Source: an uncultured bacterium (GTDB lineage: Bacteria > Planctomycetota > UBA8108 > UBA1146). From it: 64,000 nt of DNA. How positions within the stretch are numbered: position 1 is the first letter of the stretch; each line of letters begins with the position of its first letter. Both the position numbers and the translations under genes were made by a program. Below the pieces are notes generated by a model. The model did not search any database. It saw only the letters and a program-made list of their open reading frames with translations, and was not told the origin of the DNA. Of the stretch, positions 1 to 10,076 are shown piece after piece. The stretch lies in assembly GCA_913056395.1 (NCBI GenBank), contig CAJXMG010000002.1:17353-81352 (forward strand), given 5' to 3'.

Positions 1-467
1 GTGATCAGGGACCCCGTCTCGCAGGATCAGCTCAGGGAACCGATTCCAGATGGCATGAACTTTGTCGATGGGGCGTGAAATCGGAAGACTCACAGACTCA
101 TCCGGCGATGCGCACCGAATACATGGAAACCGATGCCATTGGTGTTCTGCAACATGGTGTCGAATTGGGCCTGAATACCTGGAAGAATTTTCTGGGGACC
201 CTCAATTGGAGTTCTGAGGAGGTCGACCGGACTATTTGCCACCAGGTTGGTTCGGCCCACAGACAGGAGATCCTGCCTTCTCTGGGGATCTCTCCAGAAC
301 AGGACTACATCACCTTCCCGTTTTTGGGCAACATCGGTACCGTATCGATTCCGATGACTGCCGCATTGGCCGCTGAGCGGGGAGTCCTTCTTCCCGGTCA
401 CCGCGTGGCTTTTCTGGGAATCGGAAGTGGTCTCGTTTGCAGAATGCTCGCATGGGAGTGGCGATGA
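1..467 (+). CDS. oleA: OleA, thiolase/KAS III-like acyl-CoA condensing enzyme (3' partial, runs off the left edge)
   Basis: Frame is open from nt 3 (DQGPRLAGSAQGTDSRWHELCRWG...). It has the KAS III C-terminal motifs ICHQVG, LGNIGTVSIP and LGIGSGL, and its stop overlaps the oleB start (ATGA). Confidence 0.85.
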   Translation, partial: DQGPRLAGSAQGTDSRWHELCRWGVKSEDSQTHPAMRTEYMETDAIGVLQHGVELGLNTWKNFLGTLNWSSEEVDRTICHQVGSAHRQEILPSLGISPEQDYITFPFLGNIGTVSIPMTAALAAERGVLLPGHRVAFLGIGSGLVCRMLAWEWR

Positions 468-1372
468 AACAGTTCAGTTTCAGTGAAGAGTATCCTTTCA
501 CCGGTAAGTCCTGGGATCGGGGCGACGGCATTCGCCTCAACTACGTCGACGAAGGTGAAGGGGAACCGATCATCTGTGTTCACGGCAACCCCACATGGTC
601 CTTCCATTTTCGAAACATGATCCGCGGACTCTCGACCATGAATCGGGTGATCGCCATCGACCACGTGGGCTGCGGGCTATCCGACAAACCCCAACCCGAA
701 GACTACGATTACCGCCTCAACAGCAGGATCGAAGACCTCGAAGGGCTCCTCGATCACCTGGGCATCGATTCTGGTGCCACCCTGATTGCCCATGATTGGG
801 GAGGGGCCATCGGATTTGGGGTTGCGGGTCGCAACCCCGACCGCTTCAGCCATCTGGTTGCGGTCAATACGGCTGCTTTTCCACTACAGCCTGGAATGTC
901 TTTCCCACCGATCCTGGGACCGGCCAGAGGCTTTTTGGGAGAGTGGCTCATCCGCAAAGCGAATGCATTCCTCCTCGGCACTCTCTTCATAGGAGTCAAA
1001 ACACGGAAGTTTTCGCGGGCGGAAAGAGCGGGATACAAGGCTCCGTACCCAACCGCCGCTGACCGACTTGCGATTCACCGATTTGTCGAGGACATCCCTG
1101 TCAGTGCTGCGGACCCATCATGGGAAACACTGCTGCAAGTGGAACGAAACCTGGATCAATTGAAACACCTGCCCCTGTTACTTCTATGGGGAGAAAAAGA
1201 CCCAGTTTTCAACAACGACTTCCGGGATCATTGGCTCAAACTTTGGCCAGAAGCCCAGGTTCACAGCTGGCCAGAGGCCGGCCATCTTCTTCTCGACGAA
1301 TTTCCCGACAGAATCTTGCCGATCGTTCGCAAGTTCCGCACAGAACACCGGGTCCGTGGAGGAGTGGTTTGA
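464..1372 (+). CDS. oleB: OleB, haloalkane-dehalogenase-like beta-lactone decarboxylase
   Basis: HGNPTWSF, AHDWGG nucleophile elbow and C-terminal AGH; lies between oleA and oleC. ATG at 464 overlaps the oleA stop. Confidence 0.88.
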   Translation: MKQFSFSEEYPFTGKSWDRGDGIRLNYVDEGEGEPIICVHGNPTWSFHFRNMIRGLSTMNRVIAIDHVGCGLSDKPQPEDYDYRLNSRIEDLEGLLDHLGIDSGATLIAHDWGGAIGFGVAGRNPDRFSHLVAVNTAAFPLQPGMSFPPILGPARGFLGEWLIRKANAFLLGTLFIGVKTRKFSRAERAGYKAPYPTAADRLAIHRFVEDIPVSAADPSWETLLQVERNLDQLKHLPLLLLWGEKDPVFNNDFRDHWLKLWPEAQVHSWPEAGHLLLDEFPDRILPIVRKFRTEHRVRGGVV

Positions 1373-3024
1373 CCACCGTCAATTTCTCCGTCAATCTCTC
1401 GGGGCAGCCGCAGGCAGGCGTTGATCGACGTTTGCGTGAATTTGCACTTCGATCACCGCAACAGATCGCAGTGAGGGAGTTTCGCAAGGGCCGCTGTGAA
1501 GAACGAACCTATGCAGAACTGGATGCACTGGTAGACAGAACATGCCACGCCCTCTTGCTCCGCGGAATTCGCCGGGGAATGCGCACCGTCTTGATGGTCT
1601 CACCGGGCCGGGAATTCCTCGCATGCACCTTTGCCCTGCTGAGAATTGGAGCTCCTCCCATCCTCGTCGACCCTGGGCTGGGCATCTCCGGCTTGAAATC
1701 CTGTCTGGACAGGGCTCGTCCCGAAGCTTTCGTGGGGATCGCCAAAGCCCATTGGGCAAGATTGATATTGGGTTGGGGAAGAAACACTCTTCGCCACCGC
1801 TTTGGTGTCGGCTCAGGACCTTTCCCACCGGATACGTGGAACCTCGATCAACTGAGAAAAAAAATCCCCGCCCAGGTCCCCTATGAGGGTCCCGTTCTCG
1901 GAAAAGACGAGATCGCTGCGGTTCTCTACACTTCCGGGAGCACAGGACCGGCAAAAGGGGCCATCGCCCACCATGGTCAATTGGAAGCACAGGTCGATGC
2001 CCTCGCAAAGTGCCATCGTTTGCATCCCGGTGAAGTAGATCTGCCCACCTTTCCCCTCTTTGGACTCTTCGGAGTGGCCATGGGAATGACCTCCACCGTT
2101 CCAGTGATGGACTTTACCCGGCCAGCTCATGCGGACCCGCAGCACCTCCTCGATCTGATAGAGCGCTACAATGTGACCAACCTTTTTGCTTCTCCGGCAC
2201 TTCTCGGTGCACTTTCCAGACATCTTCAAAAAACCGGGACGATTCTCCGTGGATTGAAGAGAGTGATCAGTGCAGGTGCTCCTGCACGACATGGGGCGAT
2301 CGAAACACTGAGTCAGCATCTTTCATCAGAGACATCCATCGAAACACCTTATGGAGCCACTGAAGGATTGCCTCTCTGTCATGTTCACCATGACCAGATC
2401 CTTGCAACACATGAGGCCACTTCAGCAGGAAATGGTGTCTGCATCGGTTCTGCCGTTGACGGTATCCATCTCCAGATCGTTGAACCGGGTGGAAAGCCTG
2501 ACGAGGACACCCTTCCAGAAGGTCACATCGGTGAAATCTGGGTTTCCGGTCCTACCGTCAGCAGAGGCTACCTTTTCGATGAGAAAGCGGATGCAGTCCA
2601 TAAATTTACGGATCAGAAGAACCGGATCTGGCACCGCACCGGTGATATCGGCATGAAAGATACTGACCATCAGATCTGGTTCAGGGGCCGCACCAGTCAG
2701 AGAGTGATGACCTCTCAGGGCCCCCTCGATACCGTGGCCACGGAGCGGATTTTTGAAACTCATCCCGGCGTTTTCAGAACCGCTCTCGTCGGAGTGGGAC
2801 CCTCTGGGAATCAATCTCCGATTCTCTGTGTCGAGCCAGCCCCCAATTCGAAGATCAGTCACGCCCAAATCCAACAGGATCTGTTGAAGCAAGCTGCAGA
2901 AAACCCTCTGACCCAATCTATTGAACGTATTGTCATTACAGGACCATTTCCTGTCGACATCCGACACAATGCCAAAATCCAGCGAGAGGACCTCGCACTG
3001 ATGGCAGGCAGGAAGATCTCATGA
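1369..3024 (+). CDS. oleC: OleC, AMP-dependent beta-lactone synthetase
   Basis: YTSGSTGPAKG, PYGATEGLP, WHRTGD and the C-terminal PVDIRHNAKI typical of OleC. TTG at 1369 after GGAG overlaps the oleB stop; start is inferred. Confidence 0.87.
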   Translation: MTTVNFSVNLSGQPQAGVDRRLREFALRSPQQIAVREFRKGRCEERTYAELDALVDRTCHALLLRGIRRGMRTVLMVSPGREFLACTFALLRIGAPPILVDPGLGISGLKSCLDRARPEAFVGIAKAHWARLILGWGRNTLRHRFGVGSGPFPPDTWNLDQLRKKIPAQVPYEGPVLGKDEIAAVLYTSGSTGPAKGAIAHHGQLEAQVDALAKCHRLHPGEVDLPTFPLFGLFGVAMGMTSTVPVMDFTRPAHADPQHLLDLIERYNVTNLFASPALLGALSRHLQKTGTILRGLKRVISAGAPARHGAIETLSQHLSSETSIETPYGATEGLPLCHVHHDQILATHEATSAGNGVCIGSAVDGIHLQIVEPGGKPDEDTLPEGHIGEIWVSGPTVSRGYLFDEKADAVHKFTDQKNRIWHRTGDIGMKDTDHQIWFRGRTSQRVMTSQGPLDTVATERIFETHPGVFRTALVGVGPSGNQSPILCVEPAPNSKISHAQIQQDLLKQAAENPLTQSIERIVITGPFPVDIRHNAKIQREDLALMAGRKIS

Positions 3025-4025
3025 AATGCTTCGTGACAGGTGCCGGTGGCTTTATCGGTGGAAACATCACCCGCCGACTCTTGAAGTTGGGGCATGAGGT
3101 CGTCACTTTTCAGCGGGGAAACTATCCCGAACTGAATAAAATGGGTGGCACTCACATTCAGGGAAGTATCACGCAAAAAGAACTGCTCATGGACGCCATG
3201 ACAGATGTCGACGCGGTTTTCCATGTTGCGGCATTGGCCGCCATCTCCGGTCCCCGCGTAGATTTCGAGCAAGCCAACGTTTTGGGTACCAGGAACATTA
3301 TCGAAGCTTGCAGGGCTAACGGCGTCCAACGCCTGATTTTTACCTCTTCCCCCAGCGTAGTCTTCGATGGCAAGGATCAGATCGGGATCGATGAATCCGA
3401 GCCTTATCCAACCAATTTCCTGGCGGATTATCCGAGAACCAAGGCCATTGCAGAGGCCGAGGTCATCGGGGCCAACAGCGATCAGCTTTGGACTGTTTCA
3501 CTCCGTCCCCATTTGGTTTGGGGGCCAGGGGATAGACACCTTTACCCACGAATCGTCGAACGTGCTCGTCAGGGAAAATTGAAACTGGTACGCCGTCAGG
3601 GAATGAAGATCGATGCGTGCTACATCGACAATGCAGTGGATGCCCATATCTGTGCTTTGGATCGAATCGCCAGCAATCCCGACTGCAGGGGAAAAGCGTT
3701 TTTTGTCTCCAACGGAGAACCCACTTCTCCAGAAGACCTGATCAACAGTTTCCTCGAATGTGCAGGGTTAAATCCGATTCGCCCAACGGTCTCTCCATTA
3801 CTGGCAAAGGTTGCCGGGTGGCTGATCGAAAATGCCTATAAATCACCATTCTTCAACGGCGAACCCCCTCTCACCCGATTCGTGGCTCATCAGCAATCCA
3901 CCAGTCACTGGTTTGACCTGTCCGCAGCCAAGCGGGATCTCGATTGGCAACCGGCGGTTTCTACCTCAGAGGGGATTGAACGACTGCGACAACACCATTC
4001 TGAAGAAGAGCCCGTCTCAACATGA
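3021..4025 (+). CDS. oleD: OleD, NAD(P)-dependent 2-alkyl-3-oxoalkanoate reductase (3-beta-HSD/epimerase family)
   Basis: TGAGGFIG Rossmann motif, FTSSPSVVF, YPRTK (YxxxK) and LRPHLVWGPGD; ATGA overlap with oleC. Confidence 0.88.
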   Translation: MKCFVTGAGGFIGGNITRRLLKLGHEVVTFQRGNYPELNKMGGTHIQGSITQKELLMDAMTDVDAVFHVAALAAISGPRVDFEQANVLGTRNIIEACRANGVQRLIFTSSPSVVFDGKDQIGIDESEPYPTNFLADYPRTKAIAEAEVIGANSDQLWTVSLRPHLVWGPGDRHLYPRIVERARQGKLKLVRRQGMKIDACYIDNAVDAHICALDRIASNPDCRGKAFFVSNGEPTSPEDLINSFLECAGLNPIRPTVSPLLAKVAGWLIENAYKSPFFNGEPPLTRFVAHQQSTSHWFDLSAAKRDLDWQPAVSTSEGIERLRQHHSEEEPVST

Positions 4026-4780
4026 ATTCATCCACTGAAGGTTTTCAAAACGAAGAACACTCGATCGTTGAGATCGATACCTGGAAATTCAACCTCAGTG
4101 GAAAACCGCACTCGCTTCAAAACCATTTGGAAAACCTCGTCGGAGAAGAAAAACAGAGGATCGAACAAGGAATATTCCCGGAATTGGGAGAACGGGCGAC
4201 CCGGTCACGTCTCGGATTGCGCTGGATCCTTGCTGACTATCTGCAGTGCAAACCTCATGAGGTGCCCTTGATCATCGGCGAACACGGAAAGCCGGAACTC
4301 GATTCAGCATCTCCTCATTTTCAAAAGCTTCACTTCAATCTGAGTCATTGTGGAGACCGGGCATTGATGGCGGTCAGTCGGGATTCAATTTTGGGAGTCG
4401 ACCTGGAACGAATTCGCCAGGAATCCCCGATCGAGGACCTCGCCCAACGTTGTTTCTCAGAAAAAGAGCAGAAAGCATGGCTGGAGTCACCGGAGGATCG
4501 GCGACGAGTGTGGTTTTTCCATCTCTGGGTTCAAAAGGAGGCGATGGTCAAGGCCCATGGAGATGGCATGACCCTTCCATTACGGCTCTTTTCAGGAAAC
4601 CCTGACGCGCAGGCTCTTGAAGGTTCGATTTCCTCTGACTTGCCAGAAATTGGCAACAATCTTTGGCGATATCATGCCGAGGACTGCTCTGGTGACCTTC
4701 GGTCAGCCATCGTTTTCCGCGGAATATCAGCCAAGATCTCGGATTGTGACCCCGAAAGTGTGGGCCTCAGTCAATGGTGA
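4022..4780 (+). CDS. Sfp-type 4'-phosphopantetheinyl transferase
   Basis: GKP, FNLSHC, LGVDLE and WVQKEAMVKAHG motifs; ATGA overlap with oleD. Confidence 0.88.
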   Translation: MNSSTEGFQNEEHSIVEIDTWKFNLSGKPHSLQNHLENLVGEEKQRIEQGIFPELGERATRSRLGLRWILADYLQCKPHEVPLIIGEHGKPELDSASPHFQKLHFNLSHCGDRALMAVSRDSILGVDLERIRQESPIEDLAQRCFSEKEQKAWLESPEDRRRVWFFHLWVQKEAMVKAHGDGMTLPLRLFSGNPDAQALEGSISSDLPEIGNNLWRYHAEDCSGDLRSAIVFRGISAKISDCDPESVGLSQW

Positions 4781-6590
4781 TGGTCAGGACTCCCGGTCCC
4801 AATTCCGATTGCGTGAGCGAATCGAATCCCCCCACCCGAATGAAGAAGTGATCCCCCTCTGAAACAGGAATATCACTGATTCTGGAGGTCAAAAGCGGGC
4901 ATGGGTTGCCCTGCGCATCAACGCCATCTCCATTGCAGGCCTGCTGAAGCAACTGCCCGCAAGATCCGCTGTAGATCACCATATCTGAGTCAAACACCAC
5001 TTCATCAGAGCACAGTGAGAAAGTCGCATTGCCACTTGTCGGAGCAGTGAAGTCGAACCAGATGTCTGCATACATTTGCCCCAGGGATGTGGATTCACAA
5101 CCGGAATCATCAAAGGGATCGGTCGAATCTGTCATCAAAGTGGTGTCAAAATTGTTGTCTCCAAGTGTCACCGTAACAGCACTGGTACATTCATCTCCCA
5201 GGAATCCAGCCCCACAAGTGGCATCAGAACACCCCGTATCACAACCCAATGAGTCGGGAGTGGGATCAAGTCCCGCCAACGGGAAGGGTGCAGCAGGCTC
5301 TGATCCCCCCGTAAACAGGAATGCCAAGAGGTTAACGGCGTCTGAAAGATCCAGAGAAGCGTCGTCGTTAAAGTCTGCGGCAGAAGCACAGGGCATATCA
5401 CCAAATACAAACAGGTATTGCAGTAAAGTGACCGGATCAACGAGGTTGAGTTCTCCGTCACTGTCGACGTCTCCGCGTATAAAGAGCACATCAGGAATGG
5501 GCAAGAAGATCTCGCATGATTCAGAATCAGCGGTGGTTCCCGCCAACGAAGAGCGAAGGACATAATCCAGGGTGATTCCTGGAATCGGTGCTGAATCGAC
5601 AAAGCTGGTCTCGAGCGAATTCAGACTCCCGATCAAGTTGCCCTGCCTCAGAACATCCACCTGCTCGTAGGGTAATGGGTTTTCCCAAGTCAACAGAACC
5701 GTATTGGCGTTCTGGGTACAACTCAAACCTGTCGGTGTTTCAAGTTCCCCGTCAATGGAAACAACGCAAGAAACCGCCGGGGAGGTAACTCCTGAAACAA
5801 TCCCCCTCAATGAGTAGGATCTCTCGGTTCCAATCAATGCGCCTGCATCTTCGAAGTACCCCAGACCTCCGGCAATTTCTGCAATCAGGAGCCCGTCCCT
5901 GCGTATCTGAATCTGCGAATAATCCACCGGTTCCTGCCAGGTCAAGAACACAGTCTCTGAAACTTCCCCACAAGCCAAATCCGTGGGCCGCAAAACATCA
6001 CTGATTTCCAAATCCAGAGTTCCGGAAAGAGTGGGTAGTATGACCCCATTCTGATCAGTGACGATGGAACCGATCCAGCCACACGTCAGATCAGGATCTG
6101 GCGTCGAAAGTTGAACGACACCATTGGGCGCATTTCCGACGACACGAAACTCCAACTGAGCGAGAGGTGTCGTTGTCGCTGACAAATTTTCACTGAGGAT
6201 CAAACCCAGGCTGAATGCTTCCTGTGCAGTACCATCCCACCAACTTGCACAACCCTGATCACCACCGACTCCGGCAGGCTCAGGTGCATTCCAGACAAGA
6301 ATTTCGGGGTCTGGAGATCCACTCAGGGATCCGGGCAAATCAACGGACAACAATTGGAGGGAGCCGGAATCCCAGGCTATCGCATGCTGTAATCCACGAA
6401 TCGTCTCGCCAGCAGGGTTCTCCAGCGAAAGCTCCATGACAAATGACTCACCCGGTGCATAGACACTCGATGGGCTACTCAGATTCAATTCGATTTGCTG
6501 GCCCGTTGCAGCGGAAGAACATAGACAAAGGCAGAGCAAAACGAAAACAGAGCTTTGGCTAAACCCCGCAACACTTTTCTGAAATGGCAT
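4767..6590 (-). CDS. Secreted modular protein: cohesin-like domain, two FN3-like repeats, dockerin, C-terminal PPC-like beta domain
   Basis: N-terminal signal peptide; IRGLQHAIAWDSGSLQLLSVD (cohesin-like); two repeats PTxLxC...LTW...YxQxxxxRxG; duplicated Ca loops GDVDSDGELNLVD and ADFNDDASLDLSDAV. Confidence 0.72.
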   Translation of the reverse strand: MPFQKSVAGFSQSSVFVLLCLCLCSSAATGQQIELNLSSPSSVYAPGESFVMELSLENPAGETIRGLQHAIAWDSGSLQLLSVDLPGSLSGSPDPEILVWNAPEPAGVGGDQGCASWWDGTAQEAFSLGLILSENLSATTTPLAQLEFRVVGNAPNGVVQLSTPDPDLTCGWIGSIVTDQNGVILPTLSGTLDLEISDVLRPTDLACGEVSETVFLTWQEPVDYSQIQIRRDGLLIAEIAGGLGYFEDAGALIGTERSYSLRGIVSGVTSPAVSCVVSIDGELETPTGLSCTQNANTVLLTWENPLPYEQVDVLRQGNLIGSLNSLETSFVDSAPIPGITLDYVLRSSLAGTTADSESCEIFLPIPDVLFIRGDVDSDGELNLVDPVTLLQYLFVFGDMPCASAADFNDDASLDLSDAVNLLAFLFTGGSEPAAPFPLAGLDPTPDSLGCDTGCSDATCGAGFLGDECTSAVTVTLGDNNFDTTLMTDSTDPFDDSGCESTSLGQMYADIWFDFTAPTSGNATFSLCSDEVVFDSDMVIYSGSCGQLLQQACNGDGVDAQGNPCPLLTSRISDIPVSEGDHFFIRVGGFDSLTQSELGPGVLTITID

Positions 6591-6681
6591 GTTGAACCCC
6601 TCCGAGATCCCAAATAACCGTATGGTTCAAGGATATCACCGGGGCTAAATTTTCCTCTTCAGGAAATCGTGAATCCCGAAA

Positions 6682-8937
6682 TCAGGTCAAAGTATTGAGT
6701 GCGGCACCCGCCCAAAACCACTTCACCTGACTTTCGCTACAGGTGTGACTGCAAACAGCACGATCTTCTGAACCATCCTGATGACGGAAAACAGCCGTTA
6801 AAGTGCTGCCGGGAGCCAAATTTTCCAATCCCTCAATGGAGACCACATCGCCCTGGAGAACCTTGTCATAATCGGCAGGATCCTGGAATCGAAGCGGCAA
6901 AATTCCCTGCTTTTTCAGATTTGTTTCATGAATCCGGGCGAAGGATCGAACGATGACCGCGCCACAACCCATGAATCGGGGACACATGGCTGCATGCTCA
7001 CGACTCGACCCCTCACCATAGTTCTCATCGCCAACCACAGCCCAGAAGTGACCGGAATCCCTGAGGGAAGCTGCAATTTCGTGCAACGGTTTGCTGCTCC
7101 CTGTTTCAGGATCTTTTCCAAGTCCAGGACTCTCATGAAATGCATTGACCGCACCCAGGAACATGTTTCGAGAGATATTTTCCAAGTGGCCACGGAACTT
7201 CAGCCATGGGCCTGCGGGTGAGATATGGTCAGTGGTGCACTTGCCATTTGCCTTGAACAAAAGAGGCATATCCACCAGTTGTTCAGCCTCACGCGGTTTG
7301 AAAGGCTTCAACAATTGAAGCCGCTCACTGTTTTCTGCGACATCCACCACCACTGAGTTTCCGGACTCTGGTGGAGCAACATATCCCTCCGAATCGGTCA
7401 CGAAACCCTGATCAGGAAGGCTGTCCCCTTCCGGAATCGGAAGTTTGATTTCCTCACCGCTCTCGGTCGTGACCGTATCGGTAATCGGATTGAAATCGAG
7501 GGTTCCTGCGATCGCAAATGCCGTCACCAGATCTGGGCTGGCAATAAAGGAAAGGGTTTGTGCATTTCCGTCATTACGCCCCGGAAAATTCCGATTGAAC
7601 GAGCTGACGATACTGTTGGATGTCCCCTTTTCCATGTCATCCCTTTGCCACTGACCAATGCACGGGCCGCAAGCGTTGGCGAGTACTGTCCCCCCCAGAT
7701 TCTCAAAGATACCTGCCTGACCATCACGCTCGACTGTCTTGAAGACCTGCGTCGAACCGGGAGAAACCAGAAACTGGCTTTTTGCCTTGAGACCGGCCTT
7801 GACCGCTTCGTCAGCGATGGAAGAGGCCCTGTCCATGTCTTCATAGGATGAGTTCGTGCAGGATCCGATGAGAGCGGCGCTGATTTCCAACGGCCAGCCA
7901 TTCTCTTTTGCCTCAGCGCCCAATGCGGACACGGGTCTTGCCCGGTCTGGTGAATGTGGGCCGACAACATGGGGCTCGAGTGAATCGAGGTCGATCTCAA
8001 GAATCTGGTCGTAAAACTGCGCAGGGTTTTCTTCAACCTCTGCGTCGGGAGCAAGTAGATCCGCGTGGTCCCGGGCCAGAGACGCGAGGTCTGCCCTGCC
8101 TGTCGACTCGAGGTAAAGTGCCATCGCATCGTCAAATGGGAACACTGAGCATGTCGCTCCGATTTCGGCGCCCATGTTGGTAATCGTGGCCTTGCCTGTA
8201 CAGGAAATGGAGCGAGCACCATCTCCGATGTACTCAACGATGGCACCTGTACCACCCTTGACTGTCAGCTCTCCCGCAACTTTGAGGATGACGTCTTTGG
8301 CTGAAGTCCAGCCACCCAGTTTTCCCTTGAGGTGCACCGCGATGGCTCCTGGCCATTTGACGTTCCAGGGCAATCCTGCCATCACGTCAACGGCGTCAGC
8401 TCCACCCACTCCGACAGCCAGCATTCCCAGTCCGCCCGCGTTAGGAGTGTGACTGTCGGTACCAATCATCAATCCGCCAGGGAAAGCATAATTCTCGAGA
8501 ACGACCTGATGGATAATCCCGGAACCCGGTTTCCAAAAACCGATACCGTACTTTTCTGAGGACGAACGAAGGAATCGGTAAACTTCTGCGTTGACCTCTT
8601 CCGCAGCAGCAAGATCAGTTTGAGCCTCATGTCTTGCCTGGATCAGGTGATCACAGTGCACCGTGGAAGGGACCTGAACCTGGTCCAGTCCAGCCTGCAT
8701 GAACTGAAGAATCGCCATCTGGGCTGTCGCATCTTGCATCGCCACCCTGTCCGGGCGCAAATCACAGTAATCCTGACGACGCTCAGGTACGGAAGTCAGA
8801 GTCTCCTCATTCACCTCGAGGTGCGAAAACAGGATTTTTTCAGCAAGGGTCAAACCCCTTCCCAAAACCTGTCGAGCCTGGTCGTGGCGTTGACGTGCAT
8901 TTTCGTAAAGCCCACGAATCGCATGAATATCCGTCAT
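6682..8937 (-). CDS. acnA: Aconitate hydratase (mitochondrial-type)
   Basis: DRVAMQDATAQMAILQF, VHCDHLIQA, GTDSHTPNAGGLG, IGSCTNSSYED, NACGPCIGQW and NYGEGSSREHAA. Start set at ATG 8937, which follows GGAG. Confidence 0.95.
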   Translation of the reverse strand: MTDIHAIRGLYENARQRHDQARQVLGRGLTLAEKILFSHLEVNEETLTSVPERRQDYCDLRPDRVAMQDATAQMAILQFMQAGLDQVQVPSTVHCDHLIQARHEAQTDLAAAEEVNAEVYRFLRSSSEKYGIGFWKPGSGIIHQVVLENYAFPGGLMIGTDSHTPNAGGLGMLAVGVGGADAVDVMAGLPWNVKWPGAIAVHLKGKLGGWTSAKDVILKVAGELTVKGGTGAIVEYIGDGARSISCTGKATITNMGAEIGATCSVFPFDDAMALYLESTGRADLASLARDHADLLAPDAEVEENPAQFYDQILEIDLDSLEPHVVGPHSPDRARPVSALGAEAKENGWPLEISAALIGSCTNSSYEDMDRASSIADEAVKAGLKAKSQFLVSPGSTQVFKTVERDGQAGIFENLGGTVLANACGPCIGQWQRDDMEKGTSNSIVSSFNRNFPGRNDGNAQTLSFIASPDLVTAFAIAGTLDFNPITDTVTTESGEEIKLPIPEGDSLPDQGFVTDSEGYVAPPESGNSVVVDVAENSERLQLLKPFKPREAEQLVDMPLLFKANGKCTTDHISPAGPWLKFRGHLENISRNMFLGAVNAFHESPGLGKDPETGSSKPLHEIAASLRDSGHFWAVVGDENYGEGSSREHAAMCPRFMGCGAVIVRSFARIHETNLKKQGILPLRFQDPADYDKVLQGDVVSIEGLENLAPGSTLTAVFRHQDGSEDRAVCSHTCSESQVKWFWAGAALNTLT

Positions 8938-9150
8938 TTCAGCACTCCTGCATCCCACTTGAGACGTTTCCCTGAGGGGGTATCATCTACTCTGGTCAAT
9001 GTTTATTGATCTATTCAAACATTGTGATCGTATCCCATGATGTGTTTTCAAGGGAGTGATTCCAAACGTCGATTTGTTGACAAAGTGCCCGCCTCAACGC
9101 ACCGAAGTCGCCCAGCGACGAGGTTTGTCAGGGAAAGAGGACTCTTGAGA

Positions 9151-9999
9151 GTGACGAGTCAAATCGAAGCGGGTAACGTCCGAAAAATTGCCCAAATCGT
9201 ATACCTTCTAACAGTGCTCCTTTTGATCAGCCCTACACTGACCGGCCAAACAACGACTCTCGGAATCGGCGATGTCACCGCACAGCCAGGTGACCCGGTT
9301 TCGATCCCGGTGTTGGCTGACTGGAATGGTCAGATCGCAGGATTCAGTTTCTCCCTCGAATTTTCGGGGCCCTCTCCCTTTCCAATATCTGCCATGACGA
9401 TTGATGTGGAAGGCACTCTTGCGGGAGCCATCGAGGCGGAATACGTTCAGGCCCAGATCGATTTTTCTACGAGCACCATCATTTGTGGTGTCCTCTTTGA
9501 TGCTCTTCCGCCATTCAACGGCCAGACTCTGCCTTCTTTGGGGTACGCTCAGGAAGTTGCATTTATTCATGGCTCGATCCTGTCAACGGCTGTGGAGTCA
9601 ACGATTCAATTCAATCCACAGGACGGATTTGGATCTCCACCCATTAACAACATGCTGGTTTTTGGAACAACTTCAGTACCTGTAGAATCCTTGTATCCGG
9701 GGATTCTCGAGATTGAACTGCCCCCGGTTCCTCAACTGTTCATCCGTGGAGACGTCAACATGGATTCCGTTGTCGATCTTGCCGACGTGATTTTTCATCT
9801 CGATTACACTTTCCTCTCAGGACCACTCCCCAGTTGCATGGATGCAGGGGATGCCAATGACGACGGTGTTTCCGACGTCTCTGATGCCATTTTCTTACTC
9901 TATTGGTTCTTTTTGGACGGGCCCGGCCCCTGGATTCCGTTCCCGAATCCAGGAGAGGATTTCACCAATGACAATCTGGATTGCGCACAAGGGCTTTAG
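9151..9999 (+). CDS. Secreted cohesin-like + dockerin two-domain protein
   Basis: Signal peptide; cohesin-like GDVTAQPGDPVSIPV...IAGFSFSLEF; C-terminal FIRGDVNMDSVVDLAD...CMDAGDANDDGVSDVSDA dockerin. Start uncertain (ORF open from 9037). Confidence 0.75.
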   Translation: MTSQIEAGNVRKIAQIVYLLTVLLLISPTLTGQTTTLGIGDVTAQPGDPVSIPVLADWNGQIAGFSFSLEFSGPSPFPISAMTIDVEGTLAGAIEAEYVQAQIDFSTSTIICGVLFDALPPFNGQTLPSLGYAQEVAFIHGSILSTAVESTIQFNPQDGFGSPPINNMLVFGTTSVPVESLYPGILEIELPPVPQLFIRGDVNMDSVVDLADVIFHLDYTFLSGPLPSCMDAGDANDDGVSDVSDAIFLLYWFFLDGPGPWIPFPNPGEDFTNDNLDCAQGL

Positions 10000-10020
10000 T
10001 TAGATTTTCAATTACAATTA

Positions 10021-10058
10021 AAAAGCCCCGGCATGGGTTCCATGCCGAGGCTTTTTTT
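10021..10058. terminator. Bidirectional intrinsic terminator
   Basis: AAAAGCCCCGGCATGG-GTT-CCATGCCGAGGCTTTTTTT between convergent genes, with an A tract on the left and a T tract on the right. Confidence 0.85.
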
Positions 10059-10076
10059 CAGTACTTATTCGGAGTA

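Noticed and set aside
1120..1368. Long 5' ORF extensions (oleC from 1120; also 12933, 35926, 38649, 54923, 61047, 62552 and 62394)
   Set aside because: They overlap neighbouring genes or operator sites; downstream starts have RBSs, signal peptides or coupled stop/start junctions.
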